Shown in pieces: positions 36,617 through 49,844 of a stretch of 64,000 nucleotides of DNA. The notes under the pieces are model-generated. The model was not told the DNA's origin. It saw only the letters and a list, made by a program, of their open reading frames with translations, and did no database searches. Source of the DNA: Ginglymostoma cirratum. Taxonomy: Eukaryota. Numbering within the stretch: the stretch's first letter is position 1; every line of letters starts with the position of its first letter. The translations under genes and the position numbers were made by a program. The DNA lies in the NCBI GenBank assembly GCA_024137785.1, contig JAHRHZ010000110.1, positions 62,001 to 126,000 of the forward strand, read 5' to 3'.

Positions 36617-37269
36617 AGGTGCATACAAAGCCTGCAACTTCTTTTGCTGGCAATTCTATTGAATTTTATCATTTGCAAAATGACAGAGATTATTCTATGA
36701 TATTATATCAAAGCCAGTCATTAAACATCTCACTTGTAAATCCAGTTTCTGGAATTTGGTTTTACGTTTTCTGACGTTTTAAGTGCTCATCTAAATAGGT
36801 ATTCAATGTCTTGCGGTCTTCAATGCAACAGAAATAGCACTTCTGCCAATGACAGGAAACATTACTGTTTGCTGGAACACAAAATCTACAATTTCCTCCT
36901 TGAAGACAGTTCCGGAAGCCGGACAATTCCTCAGAGCCATTTGCCAGTTTTCCACATGATGCCAGTAGTTTGAGATTATATCGGTCTGGTTACTGCTAAT
37001 GACTTTCGTTTTCAAACTTTCTGCTCACCCGAGGAGTTGTTGTCTCTCAGGTTAAAACGCCATCAGTTTTCTCTCTCTAATAATGGCCCAGAACAAGTAC
37101 GGCAACGTTAGCTTTTAATGCGTGGCTCAGTGTCAGATTTTGTGATATTATAATTACGGGACTCACAGGGATAGTTTATTCTTTATTGTATGCGTTATTT
37201 CAGTCAGTTGTGCTTGTAAGAGATAAACAGAAAGATTGCTTGTTCACGTAGTAATTAAAAAATTGAAAC

Positions 37270-37660
37270 TCTACAATGGCGGCTGCGCTATCCCAGAATA
37301 CCGAGGGCTGGTTAAGATCCCCGATGAACAGGTTCCTTGTCGCTGCGCATGCACAGACACAAGGCTGCTCAGCCATGGCATGGCGCATGCGCTGTCGGCG
37401 CGATCCTGACGAGAAGGTGCCCTTTTCCTCAGCTTCACAAAAGATAACAATGAGGCGGAACGGAGCAGGCGATGGGCCGGCGGTCAACGAGCAGGTTTTC
37501 CTAACCATTTTGTAGATGCGCTAGGCTCCGTATAAAGATAATATTGTCCTCGTTTCATGAAACTGGACAAATCTCTGCGCCCTCTCAGGGACAGGCCCCA
37601 GTTATAGTCCGCCATCTTTGTGTGTGGCAAAGTGCAGCTGGGCGCACGTGCGATCACCAG
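37270..37660. promoter_or_regulatory. CpG-rich housekeeping-type promoter with YY1 and NRF1 motifs
   Basis: AATGGCGGC at 37275 and CCGCCATCTT at 37609 (YY1); TGCGCATGCAC at 37344 and GGCGCATGCGC at 37382 (NRF1); the only clearly CpG-dense patch in the window. Confidence 0.7.
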
Positions 37661-37685
37661 GGCCAGGGGAGAGAATGTTGTGCTT

Positions 37686-37805
37686 CGGGTCGGGACCCGA
37701 AACGTCAAAATTCCTGCTCCCCTGATGCTGCCTGGCCTGCTTTGTTACTCCAGCTCCACACTGTGTCATCTCTGACTCCAGGATTGGAATTTCCTATTGT
37801 CTCTG
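37686..37805 (+). mobile_element. Penelope-like terminal fragment, hammerhead 5' half missing
   Basis: gggtcgggacccGAAACGTCaaaattcctgctcccctgatgctgcctggcctgc. Confidence 0.75.
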
Positions 37806-38099
37806 ACAGAACATTGTGAACGTGTCTCCTGGGCTAATAGGGATGGAGTTTATAAACTACTTTTACAGGGAGTGGGGAAGGGAATATTTACACACAGGAA
37901 ACTCAAAATCACAGAAATGTTTGTTTCATCTGAAATTCTGTCCCAGACTAAATGAGATGGCTTTTTCAAACTTATTTTACAGCATGCTGGAAGAGGATTT
38001 GCTGACTAGGAACTCAAATCAAATGACATGCCAAGATCTAACCAGGCTATTTTATCCTCTATTGATTCAGCGCTAGATATGATTGCCCTTTGATTGTAA

Positions 38100-38490
38100 G
38101 TAGTGAGTGAAATAAAAGTTACATAAATTTCCTTCTTTACATCTCCCAGAAACTCTTAATATCTTAAATCTGTGTCTCTAATACTACCAGCGAATGGAAA
38201 CAGCTGCTGTTTATCTGTCTTATTTAAACTTATCATAAACCGAGACACCTTTATCAAAATTCACGTCAGGCTCCTTCGCTCCATGAAGAGCAACTTCAGT
38301 TTCTCCAACCTGACCTTACAACTAATATTCTTCATTCCTTGAACCATTCTGATCAACCCCAGTCCTGACAAAGAGTCGTTTCAGTCTGTAACGTTGACTT
38401 TCCTGCTCATTGACTATGCTTTTCCAGTTCCAAATTTATTAATTCTGATCAATCTCCTTTTAAATCTCCCTAAAGACGCTCACATCATTT
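38100..38490 (-). mobile_element. CR1 fragment with nested short Penelope-like terminus (~38362-38440)
   Basis: CR1 3' ORF2 similarity; ctgacaaagagtcgtttcagtctgtaacgttgactttcctgctc. Confidence 0.5.
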
Positions 38491-39119
38491 GTTGTGATCA
38501 CTTGTTTGCTGAGACCCAAAGGCACTGTGTTCATGTGTGTGATCTTATCACACAATCAATTGCTCAGTAACATCACCGTGATTACTGGGTGAGAGTTTCC
38601 GCTGACCCCAGTCCTTCTGATTTTTTTTTTGACCTGCATAGTTTGGCATTTGATTTTAAATTTGAAAACACTAAAATTGTTTCAGTATTTTTAACCAGTA
38701 ACCTGCATGATTCAGCTTCTGGTGCTGTTCGTAGTCGTCTGTGAAAGCTTAACATGGCCCTGGTGCTGGTGTAACCTCTCTACTGCGGATCTAAATCAAT
38801 ATCCATCCACGACTCTGGCTCATTTCTGTTCTCCCTGATCAACTCTTTGTCGTTGTCCAACCTCCTCTAACTCCAATAAAAGGTGCAACTGTCTTAGGTG
38901 TTTTATTGTTACTTCCATTGATTCTCTAAGTGAGGATTTTACAGCCGAATATTTCCTTACCATTTGCTGCTGACAACTAACATCCGTTCGTGGCTCCCAT
39001 GATGCTGTTCAGTAAGGAGTTATTCACGAAGTGATGCTGTAGGGACTGTGATATGTGTCTAAATCGATGAAAGTTAATTTATGTCAATATAGTGCCTTTG
39101 ACATAGTGTAAACTTCCAA

Positions 39120-40215
39120 GCTGTTCCTCAGGTGTGGTTCTCAAGCAATTTTTGATTACAATTACATAACAAGATATCAGCGGTGACAAAAATTTTTATG
39201 GTCGAAAATGTAGTTTTCAAGCAGCACTTTAAAGTGGAAAAGTGAGGTTGAGAGAGTGAGACGTTTAGTGGGGAAATGTCACACTTTATGGCCTTAGCAG
39301 GTGAAGGTTGAGGGCAACAAATGTGGAACAGTTAAAATTGAGAATGCTCAGGAGGTTGGAATTAGATGTAATGCAGCTATCTTCTTGGGCATTTGTTAAA
39401 AATATTTCTTGGGATGTGGGCTTCGCCGGCTCGGTTTGCATTAACTCGCCATCTGTAATTGCCTTTGAGAGGGCTGGAGGTCATTGTAGAGAAAGAGAAA
39501 AAGGACACTATCGAGAGATTGAATAGAAGAATGAAAAGCTTAAAGTTTAGCTGCGGAAGCACAAAGTGGTGTATGAAGCAGACTTTGTGCAAATTCTCAC
39601 AGAGGCAGCAGAGTTTTGGATGACCTCAGGATTACATCACTGGGTGAATAACCTGTAACTCCTTCCCAGACAGAGTTGTGGGAGCTTGTGTCGGAAGGTA
39701 AAACTGCTAAGGCAGCAGCACATGCTTGGGAGAATGGGAAGTGGTAAAACTCTTATTCGGATACAGTGAATGGAAGGAAGAATAAAACACCAAATAGAGC
39801 TCAAGTACATCCATTAATAGAGGCAGAGGAAGTTATACAAGCGCAGGGAGGGGAATGTGAGAGGACGGTGGGGAATATGTTCAGATAATTATGTCCAGAG
39901 GGAACAAAGTGTTGGATGAGACATTCAGCAGCAGATGAGCAGAGTCTAAGAAGAGCTGGGTGTTGTTGCTGGCGTGGACGTCAGCAGTCTTTGTGACAGT
40001 GGGTGTATGTGGTTGAAAAATCATCTTGCTGTGTGAAGTATTTCACCATGGTTATGACGTGTTCGATTCAGACTCAGACAGTTACCAGGGAGAGGGATGG
40101 AGTCAGTCGTGAGGCTGTGGAGTTTGTGTTTGGGACTGAAGACAAAGGTTTCAGTTATGCCATTATTTAATTGGAGGAAATTTCTGCTCCCGCAGGGCCG
40201 GATGTCAGACAAGTC
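39120..40215 (-). mobile_element. L2-clade LINE, decayed
   Basis: SRNFLQLNNGITETFVF, similar to the L2 'NFLQLNxxKTE' motif. Confidence 0.65.
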
Positions 40216-40438
40216 AGGATGGTGCGTGAGCCGCAGGGAATTTGGCGATGATGGTGTTCACATTCCCTGCTAATTCTCAGTCGTGGAAGCTGAGTATTTG
40301 GAAGAGTCTGATAAGGTTATAGTCAAGCTGTGTGTGTTGAAAATCCCCCTCTTTCAGTCCCTTCCTTCACATAGAAGCCAGAGTCTTGTGAGAGATTTTC
40401 TATCACTCTATTGTTTTTTGTTTAACATCAATATTACA

Positions 40439-41100
40439 GGATTTTAGAAGGGGAAGATTTACAAACCAACCATTAAAACATGATCTGATGGAGTTGCCAT
40501 CTGATCACAAATGGAACATCAACCGATTTTGAACCTGGGAGGTAACAGCCCTGGAGAGAAACTGTGCACGTGTTGTGTGTGTACACAAGGCTTCGGCCAA
40601 TTACAAGACTTCACAAACCACAAATGTAGTCACACTGGGGAGAAACAGTGAAAATGTGATCATTGTGGGGAGGAATTCATTTCCCCACCTGAGCTGGAAA
40701 CTCATCGAAGCTGTCACACCCGTAACAGGCCATTCACCTGCTCAGTGTGTGGGAAGAGACTCACCCAGTCATTTCACCTACTGTTACGCAAGCTCGTTCA
40801 CATTGAGGAGAGATCATTTCAATGCCTGGACTGCGGAAGGTGCTGTAAAATTTCAGTGACTGTTGTTCCACCAATGTGTTCATACTGCAGACAGACCTTT
40901 TAAATGCCCAGACTGTTACTGTGGAAAATGTTTTAAAACTTCCAGGGAGATGTCATCCCATCAATTATCTCACATTAATGAGAGACCTTTTATATGCCCA
41001 GACTGTTAAAAATACAGTGAAAAGAACACAGAGTTCACACGTCTCAACAGCGATTGGATTTTGCAGTTCATCACATTCGGGATTGAAGGCAAAGTTTTAA
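40439..41100 (+). pseudogene. C2H2 zinc-finger pseudogene exon (~5-6 fingers)
   Basis: tacag acceptor; [80 protein letters not shown]; stops and frameshifts. Confidence 0.88.
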
Positions 41101-41149
41101 TATTTTGGTTAAAACTCACGTCAATCAGCTTTATGTCAAAAACAGTGTG

Positions 41150-42420
41150 GAGGATCATTGTAAGGATGTGATCACGGAGTACGTGGTAGAGTCGGTACAG
41201 CTAACAAATCATAGAATTCTTTGAGGAGGGACTGAGTCGGTTAGGTTAAGGAGAGCTAGTGGAAGTGATCTGTTTGGACTTCCACAAGACATTTGACAAG
41301 GTGCCACATGTGAAGCTGTTAAATAAGATAAGAGACTGTGATTTTGGGGCCAAGGCACTGACAAATCTTAAGGATTGAATGAGTGGCAGGGCTTTTTTGC
41401 AGGATGGCAGCCAGAGACGAGTGACAGGGGTCAACGTTAACACCACAATTATTCACAGTATTCATTAATAATCTGGACAAAGGAATTGAGGGCGTTGTTG
41501 CAAGGTTTGCAGATGACAAAACGAAAGGTGGAGGGACGGGTCATGTTCAGGATGACTGCAGGATGACTGCAGAATGACGAGGTAGAGGCTAGGAGATTGA
41601 ACAAAGAAGTGGCAGGTGGAAGACAATAAGGGAAAATGTGAGGTTATACAATTTGGTCAGACGACCAGAGGCATAGACTATTTTTGAAACGGTAAGGCTT
41701 TATAAATATGAAGCAAAAAAGGACTTGAGAATTCTAGTTGAGTGTTCTCTTACAGTTAGAGTGTAGGTTCAGGTGGTGGTTAGGAAGGCAAATGCAATGT
41801 AGGCATTTATTTCAAAAGAGCTGTAAAACAGGAGCAGAGATGTACTGTTGAGGCTAAACAAGGCTCTGGTCAGACTGCATTTGGAATTCTGTGAGCAGTT
41901 TGGCCCAGTATCTAAAAAAAAAAGATGTGTTGGTGTTGGAGGGTATCCAGAGGTGGTTTACAAGAATAATCACAGGGATGAAGGACTTGCCAGATAAGGA
42001 TTGGTTGAAGACTCTCTGTTCTTGATAGAGTTTAGAAGGATGGGTTGGGGGTTTGAAAGTTACAGGATACTAAGGGATCTGGATTGAGTGGACATGGAGA
42101 AAATGCTTCCACTACAGGAGAGTCCAGGACACTGGGGCACGACTTCAGAGTGAAGGGATGACATTTTAGAACTGAGAGAAGGAGGATTTTCTTCAGACAG
42201 TGGTGAATCTGTAAAATTAATTGACACAGAGAGCTGTGGAGGCCGAGTCGTTGAGCGTATTTCAGACAGCAGTGGATATTTTTCTAGATTAGTGAGGGGA
42301 TGAAGGCTTATGGGGAAACGGCAGGAGAATAGTTTTGAGAAACATATCAGCCATGATTGAATGGCAGATCGAATGTAATGGACCGAATGGTCCATTTCAG
42401 TTCCTATATCTTATGATCTT
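41150..42420 (+). mobile_element. CR1 LINE fragment (RT to 3' end)
   Basis: VICLDFHKTFDKVPH, FINNLD..ARFADD motifs, CR1 3' tail. Confidence 0.9.
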
Positions 42421-42829
42421 TTGGTAATAGTTCAAATAAAATTCTGTCCCTTTTGCAGTGCATTGCATTTCTCCGGCAATAATAGTTTTCATAGTCCCAG
42501 ACAACCATAGGACTGTACTGTGCTCTCACAAGTTAGGAAGAGATATGACTGGTGATGAGTTTAACATGAGAGGACTCCTGTTAATGGGACCCAACTCCGA
42601 GTACCTCTACAATGGTTCCACCAAACAGCTGACCAAACACCTCTCCCTGTGTGATGGATATTGTGAACAATTCTCTCTATTTCCTTTGGTTCTGTCCGTC
42701 TCACTGATAATTCCACCATCATCGGCCTTCTTGAGAAAGACTGAAACTTCACCCTGCCATCTTTGAAAACTGTCCATCTCCAACCTCCCTTTTGTAGATG
42801 ATTAGGATTTGGGGACGAAGAGCAGTGTG

Positions 42830-43712
42830 TCAAAGTTCGTAGATGACGCCAAGATGGGTGGTCGAGCAAAGAGTGCAGAGGACACTGAATGTTTACAGAT
42901 GGATATAGATTAAGAGAGTGGATAAGGGTCTGGCAGACGGAGTATAATGTTGAGGTTATACATTTTGGTAGGATGAACAGTCAAATTGACTGCAATTTAA
43001 ATAATGAAACATTGCTGCATTCTGCTGTGCAGAGGGACCTGTGTGTATTTGTGCACGAACCAAAAAAATTAGTATGCAGATGCAGCAGGTAATTAAGAAG
43101 GTAAATTAAATACTGACCTTCATTGGTAAAGCAATGGAATTTAAAAATAGGAAGGTTATGCGGCAGCTGCATGCATTGCTGGTGAGTCCACACCTACAGT
43201 ACTGTATACAATACTGGTCTCCTGACTTGAGAAAGGATGTACTGGCACTGGAGGGCGTACAGAGGAGATTAATTCCAGAACTGAGATGGCTGATGAGGAG
43301 AGATTGAGTAGACTGGGGCTATTCTCATTGAAATTTAGAAAAATGACAGTGGAGTGAATAAAATTATGAATGGATTTGATATGGTAGAAGCAGGGATGTT
43401 GGGTGGGTGGAACGATAACTCGGGGGCATTGCCTCAAATAATGGGGAGCAGATTTAGGACTGAGTTGAGAAGGAGCATCTTCTCCCATAGGAATGTGAAT
43501 CTGTGGAATTCCGTGCCCAGTGAAGTATTTGAGGCTACCGCAATGAACGATTTTAAGGCAAAGATTGTTGAACATTAAAGGAAATGAAGGTTGATGTAAA
43601 TGGGCAGTTAAGTGGAGCTGAATCCACGAAAAGATCAGTCATGATCCTATCGAATGGCAGAGCATACTCGACGGAGCAGATGGCCTACTCTTGCTCCTAT
43701 TTCTTATGTTCC
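42830..43712 (+). mobile_element. CR1 LINE 3' fragment
   Basis: EVIHFGRMN, RTELRRSIFSHRNVNLWNS, tail tcctatttcttatgttc. Confidence 0.9.
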
Positions 43713-43719
43713 TCTCGAA

Positions 43720-44225
43720 ATTCCCTGAATTTGGTTGTCCCTCAATGTTGTCCCTTGGTTCTGCTATTACACCTTTTATTATAATAGACTCTAAGATTTA
43801 TCAAACAATAGATGCTATGCTAACTGGTCGACAGTTAGTATTTTTTTTTCGCATAAAGGTACTAAATTGGCAATTTTCTAATTCTCTGGGACTCTTCCAA
43901 ACTCTAAAGATTCTTGTAAGATGGCTACTAGTGAAACTAAAATTCTTGCAGCCAGTTCCTTTCATATCCTAGGATGCAGCCCACCAGATCCAGGGGTCTA
44001 ATTGGTCTTTAGCTCCATTAGTTTTCCGACCATTTCATCTCCAATGATATTCATTGCATTTATTTCCTGTCCTTTTTTTTTGGCCTTTTGGCTGTTAAGC
44101 AAGTTTGAAATGCTCTGAGTCGCTTCTACTGTGAAGACTGGTGTAAGGTATTTATTCAAGTCTTCTGCCATTTCCTGGTTCGCCACTATTATTTTCCCAG
44201 TTCATTCTCTGAAGGGCCTGTGCCC
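43720..44225 (-). mobile_element. CR1 ORF2 central fragment
   Basis: NQEMAEDLNKYLTPVFTVE motif. Confidence 0.8.
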
Positions 44226-45381
44226 ACTAGATTTAGACAGGCATATTTTTCTTTTTAATCTGCAGAGAAATTAAGGGGTATGATAAATGGAATCACAGTG
44301 GACTCGAGGATTATCAGATCTGCCATGATCTAATTAATGGTGGAGTAGATTCAATGGGCCGAATCGCCTACTCCTGCTCCAACACCTTGCGGTTGGCAGT
44401 GCTTTTAATACATGGTGGAAGCCCCGACAGTTGGCAGAAAGCTTCTGCATCTACTACGGAATAGATGTTCTCTTTATGGATATTATCAGGCATGAGCAAT
44501 CATTCCATTGCAGTCGATTCCCTTTATTGTGGAACGTTTTGTCGTTATTTGTACATCAAACACGAAGCAACGTGCCAATTTTCCACACAAGTGCGTGTTG
44601 CTCCTTCAAACAGTGAATTTGACCACAAGTGCGGCTTTTCATGAATGTTGCGGGAACTGAAATTTCTCTGGGGATTAAAACATTGCCTTCTGGGATAGGT
44701 GACGTGGATTTGGGAGGAAAATGTTCAGTCCAGGAATTTGGACGAGAAAGATAGGTTCAAAATCAGAAAGTAACTTGCAGGAATTATGAGGCTGGAACTT
44801 TAATATGGCAGGTTTATAGCAAAAGGGACAGTACCAGCAAGAGAACTATTAACAAATGCAGAAAATAAAGGTGATCAGTGGTCAGACATTTCATGGGAAT
44901 AGGGCCATTAGGGCAAGAAATGAGAGTTTTCGACAAGGTGAGCTGTAACATGGTAAGACAGGAAATGGAGGAAGAGTGAAGACAAGTACATGTTCAGGGC
45001 TCGGACATGGGAAAAAAAAAACTTTTGAGCCAGTTTGTCCGACAGAGCGAATGGGAGAGAGGGAAACGGGACAGGGAGCTGATCAGGTTGCCTCAATATT
45101 GGTGACAAAGAAGCTCCATGTATTCCTTGTACATATTGTTTTAGGTGAGGATGGAGGAGGCAGGAGACAGGGAGTGCTCTTCAAAAATAACAAACTTGTG
45201 TTCTTTATTTAAAACAAAAAGCTCACCACACTGAGTAATTGATACAGACCTGATCAATTTGACACCCAGAATACTAGCAACTTTAACTTGGTTGGATTTT
45301 AATAACATCAACAGTGTTTGAAAACGAAAGTCATGAGGGGTAACCAGACGGATATAATCTCAAACTACTGGCATCATGAAG

Positions 45382-45455
45382 TGCAATTTGCTTAAGACAA
45401 AAACAGAGGGGAGGTCAGGAAAAGTTCCCTCTGTTCTTGTCTTAAACAAATTGCA
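45382..45455. repeat. 29-bp inverted repeat hairpin at duplication breakpoint
   Basis: tgcaatttgcttaagacaaaaacagaggg / 16-nt loop / ccctctgttcttgtcttaaacaaattgca (2 differences). Confidence 0.9.
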
Positions 45456-45596
45456 TGTCAGGCAATTGCAGCTGGCATTGCTGATGCAGAACTGTAATAC
45501 GGAGTGAAGTGATGCTGACTGGTCCACGACATAATTCTGCTTCTAAAGGTCAGTAAATATTTCATATTTATTGTTGTAAATTTTAACCATGAACAC

Positions 45597-45643
45597 ACCA
45601 TGGCAGTGAAGACACTGAATTCTAATCAGTAGACTACGAGGGC
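45597..45643 (-). pseudogene. 3'-truncated tRNA-Glu (copy of 35512)
   Basis: Reverse-complement paralog of 35512-35558. Confidence 0.7.
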
Positions 45644-47150
45644 AGACTTCCATCTAAACCACCCTGGTCACTGTCAGATTCAGCATTGCATCTCTCATGC
45701 TTGTGCACATGATCCCCTCGGCTCTATCTCGGTTTTGTCACATTGTCTTAGTTTATAATGCACAGACTATCCCGTCATCTATTACATTGCTGTTTCTAAT
45801 ACATGAAGCCCTACCTTACAGGGCACAGTCTTCTCTCTGTAGCTCTGTATTGAAAGCAATGGTCTTGTCAAGCAGCGGTCATGAGTTTACTTCTAACTGG
45901 AGCATATAATTATGTTTGTGCAGCTGCTGCATCCAACATCAAAGGAGCACGTTCAATATCGTCTGAAATTATGACAATATCATTTCCTCCACAGGCCAGC
46001 AGTTACTTGAGTTGAGGTATGAAAACTGCAGGCTCACAAGGAAACAATGGGGGACCAATACGGAGGGTGGAGCGGCCGAATGCTTTTTTCTATTTGCTGT
46101 AAACAGATTCTGGTTTTGACGTGTGAAATGCAACAATATAACCTAAATGGGTGAAATCCCACTTTCTGGGTGTTGGTATCTGCTGAGGCTTCTGTCACCT
46201 TCTGAGAAATATGTCTGTGTGTTACCTTATGAGGGTAAAAATGTGATCCAGTTACCCAAGGGAATGTGAGCATCTCAAACGGCCGATGAGGAGAGGTTGG
46301 ATAAACTGATCTTTCGAAAGATCACCACCATTCATTTTTACATCAACAGTAAAGATATCGCTTTAATATTATAATTGTGGTGTCATTGTGTTTTTTTTTT
46401 CTGGTGGATTATGAATTCTATTTTGAGTTCTGAGGATTCACAATCCTTTGAGACAAGAAATGACTCCTTACCTCAGTCATAACAGACAGACATATTTTCC
46501 AAGGAATGTGAGCCCAGTACTAGACATTCTACTCTCAAAGAGTCTCCGAATTTCAGACTTTTCATAAAGCAGAAATGGCTAATCGGTCATGTGGACAATG
46601 GAGTGTCGGAGAATGTGACAGGGGGTGAGGTGGATCCGCAGAATCAAAGAGAGACAAATATTGTGGTAGTCACTGAAAAGACCAATTCTCCATTCGACAT
46701 GGCTGCTAACTGACAGAAAGGAAAAGAAAAAGGCAACCATTTAACGAGAGCCTTTCACCACCTCGTGGCAACGGAAGCAGAATTACAGCTGATGAAGTCC
46801 CTTTCAAGTTGTAAAGTTGACGTGAGTAAGTTAATGAGTGAGGAATTTTGATAAATACGTTGATTCGACAGATAAAGCGTATAATTTTTCCATACATTAT
46901 TATATAGAAATGCATAATTAACCTAGTAGGGAACAACGGTCAGTGGATCTGAAACTTCAGCTCTGTTTCTCTCTACAGATGCTGCCAGGCCTGCTGAGTT
47001 TATCTACCAATTTCTGTTTTGTGTCAGATTGCCTCAGTTCTTTGTTTTATGTTAACCTGCACAGTGTTTGGGACAAATCAGATGAGCTGCTAGCTTCTGA
47101 TCAGTCAGAAGTACTGTCACCACGATAAGTTAGCACAAACAGAACTTCTT

Positions 47151-47222
47151 TTCTCTGACTGAGAATCAAAACCGGGCAGTGGCGGTGACAGCGCTAAATC
47201 CTAACCACTAGACCACTAGAAA
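47151..47222 (-). tRNA. tRNA-Glu body pseudogene, anticodon reads GTC
   Basis: Reverse strand tttctagtggtctagtggttaggatttagcgct-GTC-accgccactgcccggttttgattctcagtcagagaa. Confidence 0.85.
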
Positions 47223-48151
47223 TACAACAGATTGGATCCTGTCTTTTCATAATGACACTGCTTTTACATTTTCATTTCTGAAAATATTCACACAGATCGG
47301 TTTAGCCGTCTCTGAGGTTTTACAGCATGGAAAAAGACCATTTGGCCCATCGTTTCAGTGCAGCTCATCAAACCTCCACCCATTCTAGACCTAGTTTCCA
47401 GCATTTGGCCCATTGCCTTGTGTGCTTTGACTTTCCGATGGCAAATGTCAATGCATTTATCCTTCTGATGTCAAATAACACAACAAATGGGCCCCAAGTT
47501 TCAGATGGTAAAACTGTGTCAATACCTACTTGAGGAATTCATACTCATTTTCACCCACAGAGGGAGATATGGGCACATCCCCGAGAGTAACAGAGACCTC
47601 AGAATTATACCTGCTTCATGTGCTTCATGTCTGCTCTGCACCAAGGGAATAAGCTTGTGCGATAAAAAGGCAGCTTTAGATGGAACACAAGCAACTTCTC
47701 CTGACAATGAGAACTGTTTCCGTGAGCAGGGAGATAAAATGGACAGTTGAGCTGAAATAGTCTCACAGGCTGCTCACGTGCAGCTTTCAATTTCGAAAAC
47801 TCACAGACCCAATCATTGCAGTCCCTGAGAATCTGACAGGACAGCTTCCGGCAGACATCCCTCACTAGAAGCAACTGACACACGACATGTCGCACGTCTT
47901 TCTGCCTGTGTCCCGGTCACACCTCCAGCTCTCTCTGACCGCCCAACTCCGAGGTCAATGAGCTGCTTGATACGAACACAGGCAGATTGTGAAAGCAATT
48001 ATTATCTGGAAAGCAGAGCCAGAAAATGTAAGACACTAGGGATTGAGAAGTGATGGGTTTGCATGTGGGTGGGTAAAGGGACATCAGGATCTCATCTTCC
48101 TGATTCTCCCAGAGAAAGGTTCCAGGAATATGCACAGGGCCAGTTACAGCA

Positions 48152-48225
48152 ATCCCAATGTCTCAATGGATAACGTGTCTGATAGATAGATCAGGGGAGA
48201 GTCGGCTCGATCCCTTCCTTGCTCT
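48152..48225 (+). tRNA. tRNA-Arg(ACG)-type pseudogene (copy of 22877)
   Basis: ccaatgtctcaatggataacgtgtctga..gatcag..ggctcgatccc. Confidence 0.7.
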
Positions 48226-48575
48226 GGTGCATTTTGCAAACGTTGTCCTGTCACTTCACAATCTAAGCTCACCGCAGCTGGTCTAAGAAGTCCCCAGCAC
48301 AGAAAAAGATCCCTCATCCCATCAGGTCTGCAGCAGATCAACTCCAGCCCCGGACTGTTCTCGTCTCCCTTTGCAGCACTTGCCTTATTGACTCACGAAG
48401 GTTAGCAACGTCAGTGTACATTTAAATGTACCTTCAATCGTGTGGGGTTTTCTGCTTCTTGCTCTCTAACAGAGAGTGATTGTCATATACCCCTCATAAC
48501 CGATTTGGGTGAAGTATTCATCGGCCTCCTCCAGCAAACAAGAATACGACGACCAAATCCCTTTCAGCTCTCAAC

Positions 48576-48655
48576 CGGAGTGGACAAGATTCAAACAGGG
48601 CAGGCAAAGCCAATTGATTTCCAGTCCATGGCCTTGACCACGCGGCCATGGCTAC
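48576..48655 (-). tRNA. tRNA-Ser pseudogene, anticodon GGA
   Basis: Reverse strand gtagccatggccgcgtggtcaaggccatggact-GGA-aatcaattgg. Confidence 0.82.
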
Positions 48656-49761
48656 ACACGTCGCAGCACTGGCTCTGCTTTCCAGGTCTCTGTCTCTCTG
48701 TCTGTGGAGCTGAGGAAGAGTGGATCATTACTTGGCTTGTTTGAATCCGATCACTTCGCAAATTTCTGAAACGTTAAATTCAGTACATGGTAGATCCGGC
48801 TGTTTCATCCCAACAGATGGGATAAACAATCATTTAAAAACAAAAACATAAATTTCAGGAAAAGCTCAGCAGATCTAGCAGAGATTCAGAGTCAACTTTT
48901 CAGAAATCTGTTTTATCCAACAAATGCTGGCAAACCTGCTGAGTTTCTCCAGCAGTATTTGTTTGTCTCATTGTCCCATAGCCGAAATGAGATTTGAATT
49001 CTGATGTTCAGGAATGAGAATCCTTTCAACGTCTCAAGTCAATTCATGCCCCGGGAACATCGGAGTCAATGTTCCAGCCTTTAAAAGAAAGGACAGGTGT
49101 CTTGACAGTTTGTGCTCAGTCGGAAAATTTAACCTTCATTCTCCTGTGATTCCGGTTTCCAAGATTTTCTAAAGATTCAAAAAGCTGGAGACTAGGTTTT
49201 CTGTTTTGCTTCCTTCACCTCGCTCCACCCCCACTACCCCCCACTCCCAATCCAACTGTCAATATTTTCCCAAACTCTCTTAACAATCTTCCGCCTTGCA
49301 ACATTTCCAGGAATGAGGAAATCCCGTTTAATGGAGTCATTCCTGAGATCGGATATGTTCTCTTTGGAGCACAAAGTTTAATTAAAGATTTCCTGGTGCT
49401 GTTCACAGCAGTGGGGGAGAGAATGGCGGGAATAGGCGTTGTAATGGTCGGGACAAACTGTAGCCATTGACCAGGGTCAATTACCAAAGGAATGCAATTC
49501 AAGAACCAAGAACTGCCAAACCATTTATATAGATTAAACACAGAGAATACTATAGAATATCAACACGTTTAGTGGTACCTGTGGAAAGAGAAACTGCTAA
49601 AATTTTGAGTATGGTAAGTTTCTTCTTCAGAAATCGTGTTTCCTGAATGTCAATAAATGACTGGACTCTCCGGTGGGTTGTTGAGATGGATTTCCTCGAG
49701 TTTGAGCGATAACTCATTGATCAGAAGGTTATTTGAAAAAAAACAAATCGCCTTCAAGCAA

Positions 49762-49844
49762 CGTAGTCGGCCGGATTTGCACTTCGGTGGGGGAAAGCAC
49801 AATTGGTTTCAAATTCATCGCTTTCACCACTCGGCCACAACTAC
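49762..49844 (-). tRNA. tRNA-Ser pseudogene (anticodon TGA)
   Basis: Reverse strand gtagttgtggccgagtggtgaaagcgatgaatt-TGA-aaccaattg..ccggccgactacg. Confidence 0.82.

Noticed and set aside
42830-44225. Twin-primed (5'-inverted) single CR1 insertion
   Set aside because: The inverted piece lies 3' of the tail rather than 5', and I found no TSD; treated as separate fragments
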